From assembly GCA_034521595.1 (NCBI GenBank), contig JAXHMG010000002.1, positions 192,001-256,000 of the forward strand: DNA of 64,000 nucleotides. The letters are read 5' to 3'. The notes beneath the pieces are model-generated. The model saw only the letters and a program-made list of their open reading frames with translations. It had not been told where the DNA came from and made no database searches. The DNA comes from Gemmatimonadota bacterium. GTDB lineage: Bacteria; Gemmatimonadota; Gemmatimonadetes; Longimicrobiales; Gaopeijiaceae. Shown here in pieces: positions 56,180-64,000 of this stretch; the first letter of the stretch is position 1; each line of letters begins with the position of its first letter. A program made the position numbers and the translations under genes.

Positions 56180-59051
56180 CTATTCGACGCCGGCGTACGA
56201 CTCCACGGGTGGACAGGCGCACATGAGGTTCCGGTCGCCGTAGGCGTTGTCCACCCGCCGCACGGCCGGCCAGAACTTGTGCACGCGCGTCCACGGCGCC
56301 GGATACACCGCCTGCTCGCGCGTATACGGCTTCTTCCACTCGGCGGACACCACCATCTCGACGGTGTGCGGCGCGTTGCGGAGCACGTTGTCCTCCTTGT
56401 CGGCCACGCCCAGCTCGATCTGCTCGATCTCGCCACGGATCGAGATGAGCGCGTCGCAGAAGCGGTCGAGCTCTTCCTTGGACTCGGACTCGGTCGGCTC
56501 GATCATGAGCGTTCCGGCGACCGGGAACGAGACCGTCGGCGCGTGGAAGCCGTAGTCGATCAGACGCTTGGCCACGTCCTCTTCCGTGACCCCCGTCGCC
56601 TTCCGCAGCGGCCGGAGATCGACGATGAACTCGTGCGCGACCAGCCCCTTCTCTCCACGATACAGCACGTCGTAGTGGGGCTCCAGGCGCTTCGCCATGT
56701 AGTTCGCGCTCAAAATGGCGATCTCGGAGGCGCGGCGCGCCCCGTCCGGCCCGAGAAGGGCGATGTAGGCCCACGAGATGGGCAGGATGCTCGCGCTCCC
56801 CCAGGGAGCGGCGGCAACGGCCCCGATGGCACGCTCGCCCCCGACCGTGTGGACCGGATGACCCGGAAGGTAGGGCGCCAGCTTCTCGTTCACGCAGATC
56901 GGGCCCATGCCCGGCCCGCCCCCACCATGCGGGATCGCGAACGTCTTGTGCAGGTTGATGTGGCACACGTCCGCCCCGTAGTCTCCCGGGCGGCAAAGGC
57001 CCACCTGGGCGTTGAGGTTCGCGCCGTCGAGGTAGACGAGCCCGCCGTGACCGTGCACGACCTCGCACACCTCCCGGATGTGCTCCTCGAAGACACCGTG
57101 CGTCGAGGGGTAGGTGATCATGATCGCGGCCAGGACGTCGGCGTGCTCTTCCGCCTTGGCGCGCAGATCCGCCAGGTCGATGGTGCCGTCCTCGCCGCTC
57201 TTCACGACCACGACCTTCATGCCGGCCATGACCGCGCTCGCCGGGTTCGTCCCGTGCGCGGACGCCGGGATCAGGCACACCTTCCGGTGCGGTTCGCCGT
57301 GGTCACGGTGGTGCGCCCGGATCGTGAGCAGGCCGGTGTACTCGCCCTGCGCCCCCGAGTTGGGCTGCAGCGACGTCGCGGCGAACCCGGTGATCTCGGC
57401 GAGCTGGCCCTCGAGGCGCTCGAAGAGCTCCAGGTAGCCGCCCACCTGCTCGACCGGCGCGAACGGATGCTGCTCCGCGAACTCGGGCCAGGTCACGCTC
57501 GCCATCTGCGTCGTGGCATTCAGCTTCATGGTGCAGGAGCCGAGCGGGATCATGCTCGTGTTCAGCGAGAGGTCCCGCGACTCGAGACGGTGCAGGTACC
57601 GGAGCATGTCCGTCTCGGAGTGGTACTTGTTGAAGACCTCGTGCTCCAGGTACGGCGACGTGCGCTCCGCCCAATCGGGAAGCGGGGGCGCTCCCCTCCT
57701 CGGCCAGCGACCGCGCGGTGAACTCCGGGGCCTCGCCTCCGTTGAACACGGCGAAGAGGTCGTCGAGGTCCTCCGCCTTCGTCACCTCGTCGACGGCGAT
57801 CCCGAGCGTCCCGTCCCGGAAGTCGCGCAGGTTGATGCCGCGCTCGAGGGCCCGCGTGAGCACCGCGCCCGCGTCGTCGTCGGGCCGCACCCGGATCGTG
57901 TCGAAGTAGCTGTCGGTGAGCAGCTCGTGGCCGAGCAGGCCGAGCCCGGCGGACAGCACGCCCGCCTGGTCCCGCACCCGCTCCGCGATCCGGCGAATGC
58001 CTTCCGGTCCGTGATAGACCGCGTACGCTCCGGCCATGATGGCGAGCAACACCTGGGCGGTGCAGATGTTGGAGGTGGCCCGCTCGCGCCGGATGTGCTG
58101 CTCGCGCGTCTGGAGCGCCATGCGGAGGGCGGGCTCTCCGTCGGCATCCACCGAGACGCCGATGATCCGTCCCGGCATCTTGCGCTTGAAGCTTTCCCGT
58201 GCGGCCATGAAGGCGGCGTGCGGACCGCCGAAGCCCATCGGGACCCCGAACCGCTGGCTGTTCCCGACGACGATGTCGGCGCCCCAATCTCCGGGAGGCT
58301 CGATGAGCGCGAGCGCGAGCAGGTCCGTGGCCGCGATCACCGACACGTCCGCGTCGTGCGCACGCTCGGCGAAGTCCCGGTAGTCGAGCACCCGCCCGTC
58401 GGTCGCGGGATACTGCACGAGCGCCCCGAACACCTGGTCGCCGAATGCCTGCTCCCGGTGGTCGCCCACCACGACTTCGATGCCGAGCGGCTCCGCGCGC
58501 GTGCGCACGACCTCGATGGTCTGCGGGTGACAGAGCTCCGAGACGAAGAAGACGTGTCCCTTGTGCTTCGCTTCGTTATGCGCCAGATGCATGGCTTCCG
58601 CGGCGGCCGTCGCCTCGTCCAGCAGGGAGGCGTTGGCGATCTGCATGCCGGTCAGATCCATGACCATGGTCTGGAAGTTGAGGAGCGCTTCCAGCCGGCC
58701 CTGCGCGATCTCGGCCTGATACGGGGTATACTGGGTGTACCAGCCCGGGTTCTCCAGAATATTGCGCTGGATGACCGCCGGCACGTGCGTGTCGGCGTAT
58801 CCCATCCCGAGAAACGAGCGGAAGACCTTGTTCTTGGACGCGATCCGGCGGAGCTCCCGCAGGAGCTCCGCCTCGGGAAGAGCCGACTCCAGATCGAGCG
58901 GCTCGTCGCGGCGAATCGAAGCCGGAACGGTGTCCGCGATGATGTCCGCGAGAGACGTGTAACCGAGCGTGTCGAGCATCGACGAGACGGCTGTCTCGTC
59001 CGGGCCCAGATGGCGACCCGCGAAGTCGGCGGGCGCATCGATGCGAGTCAT
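56180..59051 (-). CDS. gcvP: Glycine dehydrogenase (decarboxylating), single-chain type, interrupted by a 1-nt frameshift near 57684-57696
   Basis: The N half ([39 protein letters not shown]) and C half ([36 protein letters not shown]) are in different frames. Removing one base in the G4/C5 run restores ...[30 protein letters not shown]. Confidence 0.92.
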
Positions 59052-59098
59052 GTCCGATCCCCTATAGGGTAATGTCAGGTGGATGAGGGGAGCGGGGT

Positions 59099-59485
59099 TC
59101 AGTCGATATGATCCGCGTACGCATCGGCGTTCAGGAGGCCCTCCAACTCGGCCGGCTTGGCGACCTTGAGGCGGACCATCCACCCGTCTCCGTACGGATC
59201 GGAGTTCACGAGCGAGGGATCGTCCTCGAGGGCTTCGTTGACCCCCACGATCTCACCCGTGACCGGGCTGTAGAGATCACTCACGGCCTTCACCGCCTCG
59301 ATCGTGCCGAAGACGTCCATCTGGTCGAAGGACGAGCCCTGGTTCGGGAGCTCCACGAACACGATATCGCCGAGCTCTCCCTGCGCATAGTCGGTGATCC
59401 CGACCGTGTATACCCCCTCCTCGTCCGTCGGCTTGAGGTACTCGTGCTGTTCGGAGTAAAGGAGGTCGATCGGGATATCGGACAT
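59099..59485 (-). CDS. gcvH: Glycine cleavage system H protein
   Basis: YSEQHEY, VGITDYAQGELGDIVFVELP, lipoyl-Lys in IEAVKAVSD, VNSDPYGDGW. Confidence 0.96.
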   Translation of the reverse strand: MSDIPIDLLYSEQHEYLKPTDEEGVYTVGITDYAQGELGDIVFVELPNQGSSFDQMDVFGTIEAVKAVSDLYSPVTGEIVGVNEALEDDPSLVNSDPYGDGWMVRLKVAKPAELEGLLNADAYADHID

Positions 59486-59690
59486 CGGCTGTGTCTCCAA
59501 CGTATTGATCTGCTTGATCTGCGCTCGGGGGTGGCCCTGACGATGATGGCGCCGCACAAGAAGGTCAAGGCACGTGCGTCCCGACATGGCGGGACTGGAA
59601 CAACGGAGCGTCCGCGACCATCTTCGGAGGAGTGTGGCACCTCGAGCCGCACTCCATTCCAAGCTTCCCGATCAAGCACCAAGAGATGCC

Positions 59691-60857
59691 ATGTCCACGC
59701 TACTGACCGACGCCCGACCCGCGCTAACGACCCTCTCCGAAGACGAGAGCCTGTTCCAGGAAGCCGTGCGGGACTTCGCCCGGTCGGAGATCGCTCCCAA
59801 AGTCATGGAGATGGACGAGGCGCAGCAGATGGACCGCGGGATCATCGACCAGCTCTTCGAGCTCGGCCTCATGAGCATCGAGATTCCCGAAGCGCACGGG
59901 GGCACCGGAGCGGACTTCTTCACCTCGGTGCTCGTGGTCGAGGAGCTCTCGAGGGTCGACCCGTCGATCGGGGTGCTCGTCGACGTGCAGAACACCCTCG
60001 TCATCAACGCCTTCCTGCGCTGGGGCAGCGAGGAGCTGAAGGCGCGCTACTTCCCCCGTCTCGCGAGCGACACCGTCGGTGCCTACGCCCTCTCCGAAGC
60101 CGGGAGCGGGTCGGATGCGTTCGCCCTGTCGTGCCGGGCCCACCAGGACGGCGACGACTGGATCCTCAACGGCCAGAAGCTCTGGATCACGAACGGCAAC
60201 GAGGCCGGCATCTACATCGTGTTCGCCACGGTCGATCCGGACGCCGGATACCGGGGCATCACCGCCTTCATCGTCGAGCGCGACTTCGACGGCTTCAGCG
60301 TGGGCAAGAAGGAGGACAAGCTCGGCATCCGGGCCTCCTCCACCACGGAGCTCGTCCTCGAGGACGTGCGGGTCCCCTCCGAGAACGTGCTCGGCGAGGT
60401 CGGCAAGGGATACAAGGTGGCCATCGAGACGCTCAACGAGGGCCGGATCGGCATCGGGGCGCAGGTCGTGGGGCTCGCGCAGGGCGCGATCGACCATACG
60501 ACCCGCTACGTGCAGGAGCGTGAACAGTTCGGCCGCGCCATCGGCTCCTTCCAGGGCGTGCAGTTCCAGCTCGCCGAGATGGCCACGGAGACCGAGGCCG
60601 CACGCCTCCTCGTGTACAACGCCGCCCGCCTCAAGGACGCCGGCGAGCCGTTCCTCCAGCAAGCCGCCATGGCGAAGCTCTTCGCGAGCGAAGCGGCACA
60701 GAGGATTGCCTCCACGTGTATCGATCTACACGGCGGCTACGGCTTCACCAAGGAGTACCCGGTCGAAAAGCTGTACCGCGACGCGAAGATCGGCACGATC
60801 TACGAGGGGACGTCGAACATGCAGAAGCAGACCATCGCAAAGGCTTTGATGAAATGA
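59691..60857 (+). CDS. Acyl-CoA dehydrogenase (short/branched-chain type)
   Basis: [60 protein letters not shown]. Confidence 0.94.
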   Translation: MSTLLTDARPALTTLSEDESLFQEAVRDFARSEIAPKVMEMDEAQQMDRGIIDQLFELGLMSIEIPEAHGGTGADFFTSVLVVEELSRVDPSIGVLVDVQNTLVINAFLRWGSEELKARYFPRLASDTVGAYALSEAGSGSDAFALSCRAHQDGDDWILNGQKLWITNGNEAGIYIVFATVDPDAGYRGITAFIVERDFDGFSVGKKEDKLGIRASSTTELVLEDVRVPSENVLGEVGKGYKVAIETLNEGRIGIGAQVVGLAQGAIDHTTRYVQEREQFGRAIGSFQGVQFQLAEMATETEAARLLVYNAARLKDAGEPFLQQAAMAKLFASEAAQRIASTCIDLHGGYGFTKEYPVEKLYRDAKIGTIYEGTSNMQKQTIAKALMK

Positions 60858-61072
60858 GCCAACCGGAGCCCACGCTCGCGCTCGTCACCTTCGGCGTCAT
60901 GGAGATGGTGCTGCTCTTCGGCATCCTCGTGATGCTGTTCGGCGCCAAGAAGCTGCCCGGCCTCGCGCGCGGGATCGGAAGCGGCATCCGCAACTTCAAG
61001 GGCGAGCTCGAGGCTCCGAAGTCGGAGGAAGACGAGACGTCCGAGGCGGACTCCGAAGCCGACAAGACCTGA
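60854..61072 (+). CDS. tatA: Twin-arginine translocase TatA/E subunit
   Basis: TM segment followed by [26 protein letters not shown] overlap with the upstream gene. Confidence 0.88.
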   Translation: MSQPEPTLALVTFGVMEMVLLFGILVMLFGAKKLPGLARGIGSGIRNFKGELEAPKSEEDETSEADSEADKT

Positions 61073-61084
61073 GGGTGCGGTAGC

Positions 61085-61870
61085 TTGAGCCCGTCGCTCG
61101 ACCGCGTGGTGGTCGTCCTCGACCATCCCAAGGACGTGGTCAACATCGCCGGCACGCTCCGGGTGATGATGAATTTCGGGCTCTCGAAGCTTCGCCTGGT
61201 TCGCCCCGACGACTTCGACGCCTACCGCATCGAGGGGATCGCGCACCGGAGCGGCCCGCTCATCGAAGCCACCACGCTCCACGACAGCCTCGCCGACGCC
61301 CTCGCGGACACCAGCTACGTCGTGGGGACTACCGCCCGCGCACGCACCGCGGGCCGCTCGTACACAGAGCCCCGGCGTGTCGCACCCGAGATCGCGCGGC
61401 ACACCGAAGAGGGGCTCGTCGCCATCGTGCTCGGCCGGGAAGACCGCGGGCTCACCAACGCGGAGCTCGACAAGTGCCATCAGGTGGCCATCATCCCGAC
61501 CCACCCCGAGTACTCGAGCCTCAATCTCGCCCAGGCGTGCCTCGTGCTCGCCTACGAGACGTTCCTCGCGGTCGAGGGCGGCCGCGAAGAGCTCCCCAAG
61601 GGACGGCGGGCCACCCGCCTCCCGACCCATGCCGAGCTCGAGCAGACCTTCGACGCGCTCGCCGACGGGCTCGCCCGCATCGACTTCTACAAGGCCCGAA
61701 GGCCGGAGGCCGTCCTGCGCACGCTCCGTACGCTCATCACGCGCGCCGAGCCGGACTTGCGGGAAGCCCGCCTGCTCGCCGGCATCGGCTTCGAGATCGG
61801 GAACTACATCGACCGGGCCACCGTCCCGAAGCCCCCGGCGGACCGGGCCGAGGACCCCGCCCACCAGTGA
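61085..61870 (+). CDS. trmJ: TrmJ/LasT family SPOUT tRNA methyltransferase
   Basis: VVVLDHP..VVNI, MMNFG, VGTTAR, LGREDRGLTNAEL, SSLNLAQA. Confidence 0.85.
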   Translation: MSPSLDRVVVVLDHPKDVVNIAGTLRVMMNFGLSKLRLVRPDDFDAYRIEGIAHRSGPLIEATTLHDSLADALADTSYVVGTTARARTAGRSYTEPRRVAPEIARHTEEGLVAIVLGREDRGLTNAELDKCHQVAIIPTHPEYSSLNLAQACLVLAYETFLAVEGGREELPKGRRATRLPTHAELEQTFDALADGLARIDFYKARRPEAVLRTLRTLITRAEPDLREARLLAGIGFEIGNYIDRATVPKPPADRAEDPAHQ

Positions 61871-61994
61871 GCGGGCCCGAGTCAGTGAGCGGGCGTGCGC
61901 GGTTGTACTCGCCGGCCGGGAAGCCCTATGTTCCTTTCTTGATCCACTCCCTGACGGGACGCCACTCACCCTCCCCGAAGGCGCCGTGACGAGC

Positions 61995-63524
61995 ATGGCA
62001 CCAAGCGACGGCCCAACCGCTCGGTCGAACGTCGAAGCGCGGTACAAGGTCCTCCTCGAGGCCGGACGCATCCTCACCTCGACGCTCAGCGTGGAGGAGC
62101 TGTACGCCGCCCTGCACGAAGAGACGGCCAAGGTCCTCAGCGCCGACAACTTCAGCGTCTCGCTCTACGACCAGGGCCGGGATCTCGAACGGGTGGTGTT
62201 CCGGGTCCAGGACGGTGCGCCTCAGGACGTCGACCTCGAATTTCGTGGCTCCGACTCCGAGGTCATCCGGTCCAATCACGGCGTGCTGGTGGAGGACGAC
62301 GCCGAGAAGCTGACGGCGCTCGCACGGATCGAGGGAGGCGAGCGCGCGTGCCGGTCCGGCATCGCCGCGCCGCTCGCGCACCACGGCCGGGTCATCGGCG
62401 CGGTGAGCGTCTGCAGCCCCGAGCCCGACGCCTACACCTCGGACGACCTCGCGCTGCTCCAGGGCATCGCGGACGTGGCCGCCATCGCCATCGACAACGC
62501 GCTCCAGTTCGAGGAGATCGAGCGGCGGCGCAAGGAGGCCGAGCGCATCGAGGAGATCGGCCGGGTGCTCACCAGCGAGCGCGATCCGAACGAGGTCCTC
62601 GGGCGGGTCGTGGAGGCCGTGCTCGACGTGCTCGACGTGGACGGCGCCGCCGTCTGGCAACGCCGGGGGCGCGAGGACGCGTCCGGGCGTATCACGGACT
62701 CCGGGGGCGACATCGTCATTCCCGTGGGGACGCCCTGGGAGCTCGCCGACGAGCTCGAAGAAGCGCTCATCGCCGGCCGGCGGCCCGCCATCGTCGACGA
62801 CATCGCCGCGAGCCGGCTGATCCCCGAGCACCTGCGGGAGCACCTCAACGGAGGCTCGGGCATCGCCGTGCCCATCGTCGTGGAGGACGAAGTCGTCGGG
62901 GCGCTCGTGGCGGGAAGCCGGCAGCCGCGAGACTTCGGCGCCGAGGAGAGCGCCGTGCTCCAGCGGTTGGCCCGGCAGGCTTCGGTCGCGCTCGAGAACG
63001 CCCGACTCCACGAGACACTCCGAGCGCTCTCGCTCACCGATCCCCTCACGGGCCTCCCCAACCGCCGGCGCCTGCAGCTCCACCTCGAGCAGGAGGTCGC
63101 CGCGGCTCGGCGAGGCCGTCCGCTCACGGTGGTCGTCTTCGACATCGACAACTTCAAGAGGGTCAACGACGCCGAAGGGCACCTCGTGGGCGACGATATC
63201 CTGCGCTCCTTCGCCCACGTGCTCGTCGAGGAAAACCGGGCCATGAACCTGGTCGGCCGCTACGGAGGCGACGAATTCGTCTCGGTCCTCTCGGACAGTG
63301 ATCGTGAAGGGGCCAAGCAGTACCTGGCCCGCGTGCAGGACCGACTCGAGAGCCACGCCCAGCTCGCCCCTCACGACGTCTCGGTGAGCATGGGCATCGC
63401 GGAGTTCGATTCCGAGGAGATGCAATCGGTCGAAGAGCTCTTGAGCGTCGCCGATCTCGATATGTATCGCATCAAGGCCGAGCGTCGGGCCCAGCGCGCA
63501 TCCGGGACCGGCACGAAGGCCTGA
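61995..63524 (+). CDS. Diguanylate cyclase, GAF-GAF-GGDEF
   Basis: Two GAF-like domains, TDPLTGLPNRR, DIDNFKRVND..GH..GD, RYGGDEF, SMG, ADLDMY. Start is ATG 61995 (or GTG 61986). Confidence 0.92.
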   Translation: MAPSDGPTARSNVEARYKVLLEAGRILTSTLSVEELYAALHEETAKVLSADNFSVSLYDQGRDLERVVFRVQDGAPQDVDLEFRGSDSEVIRSNHGVLVEDDAEKLTALARIEGGERACRSGIAAPLAHHGRVIGAVSVCSPEPDAYTSDDLALLQGIADVAAIAIDNALQFEEIERRRKEAERIEEIGRVLTSERDPNEVLGRVVEAVLDVLDVDGAAVWQRRGREDASGRITDSGGDIVIPVGTPWELADELEEALIAGRRPAIVDDIAASRLIPEHLREHLNGGSGIAVPIVVEDEVVGALVAGSRQPRDFGAEESAVLQRLARQASVALENARLHETLRALSLTDPLTGLPNRRRLQLHLEQEVAAARRGRPLTVVVFDIDNFKRVNDAEGHLVGDDILRSFAHVLVEENRAMNLVGRYGGDEFVSVLSDSDREGAKQYLARVQDRLESHAQLAPHDVSVSMGIAEFDSEEMQSVEELLSVADLDMYRIKAERRAQRASGTGTKA

Positions 63525-63588
63525 TCCGCAGCACCCCGAACGTTCGACCTACTCCATTTCGCTACAAATCCTGGGGGCACCACCCGAC

Positions 63589-64000
63589 ATGACCGCTTCC
63601 GCCGCTGGCACCGAAACCCGTGAGCTCCTCGACTTCGCCACCACTTTGGCCCGCGAGGCCGGGGACCTCACCCTCCACTACTTCGGCACCGTCGTCGAGC
63701 ACGACGCGAAGGGCGACGGCTCGCCCGTGACCATCGCCGACACCGAGGCCGAGCGGCTCATCCGCGCTCGCGTGGAAGAGCGCTACCCCGAGCACTCCAT
63801 CCTCGGCGAGGAGTACGGCGAGTCGAACGAGGGCGCGCGCGTGCGCTGGATCCTCGACCCCGTCGACGCCACCCGCTCCTTCATGCGGGGCGTGCCGCTC
63901 TACGGCGTGCTCATCGGCATCGAGGTGGACGGCGAGCCTGCGGTCGGCGTCGCGCACTTCCCGCCGCTCCGCGAGACCGTCGCCGCCGGAAAAGGACTCG
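63589..64000 (+). CDS. Inositol monophosphatase family / HisN-like histidinol-phosphate phosphatase, 5' part (partial)
   Basis: MTASAAG...KGDGSPVTIADTEAE...ILGEEYG...WILDPVDATRSFMRGVPLYGVLI; runs off the window end. Confidence 0.85.
   Translation, partial: MTASAAGTETRELLDFATTLAREAGDLTLHYFGTVVEHDAKGDGSPVTIADTEAERLIRARVEERYPEHSILGEEYGESNEGARVRWILDPVDATRSFMRGVPLYGVLIGIEVDGEPAVGVAHFPPLRETVAAGKGL

Noticed and set aside
56180-59051. Natural two-subunit gcvPA/gcvPB arrangement
   Set aside because: Single-chain GcvP homology continues upstream of ATG 57607 in the same frame with no alternative start, and the N-terminal frame runs on into nonsense sequence. This is a frameshift pattern.
59486-59690. 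Glycine riboswitch upstream of gcvH
   Set aside because: No GGAGA...CCGAAG...CTCTCAGG core on the minus strand.
61865-61894. 12-bp direct repeat CAGTGAGCGGGC x2 at the trmJ stop
   Set aside because: Only two short copies; consistent with a small local duplication, with no evidence of function.
63856-63873. DPVDAT instead of DPIDGT in the IMPase-family gene
   Set aside because: Both metal-binding Asp residues and the Thr are retained; a single Gly-to-Ala change is not evidence of a new function.

Overview
This is a very GC-rich (about 70% by eye), gene-dense chromosomal segment of mostly housekeeping genes. Protein style and gene content suggest a Gemmatimonadota-like bacterium (inference). 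It holds about 55 genes. Central metabolism: pckA, maeB, an orphan E1-alpha, gcvH, gcvP, a lipoyl ligase, fabF, an acyl-CoA dehydrogenase, trpE and a partial hisN-like gene. DNA and translation: polA, ssb, rsgA, trmJ. Regulation: three sigma factors and a GAF-GAF-GGDEF cyclase. Transport: BtuFCD-like, OppABCDF, MATE, EamA, ExbB/TolQ and TatA. Envelope: Slt-TPR, DUF2723, PspA. I saw no rRNA, tRNA, CRISPR array, transposase or phage gene. The most unusual items are: (1) an intact 823-aa single-chain SbcD(Mre11)-SbcC(Rad50) fusion whose ATPase motifs and two nuclease motifs are eroded while the zinc hook is kept, coupled to a flavin reductase and a membrane SAM-binding protein; (2) a candidate structured ~125-nt RNA with a promoter and alternative terminator/antiterminator pairings at 3406-3535; (3) a 273-bp MITE-like element with perfect 28-bp terminal inverted repeats, plus two solo end copies, one of which may supply the polA extended -10; (4) a His-less histidine-kinase-like protein downstream of a V4R protein and Bcp; (5) a deletion-damaged UvrC/Cho-like pseudogene and a homopolymer frameshift in gcvP. 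All family assignments come from motif recognition by eye; no database searches were run.
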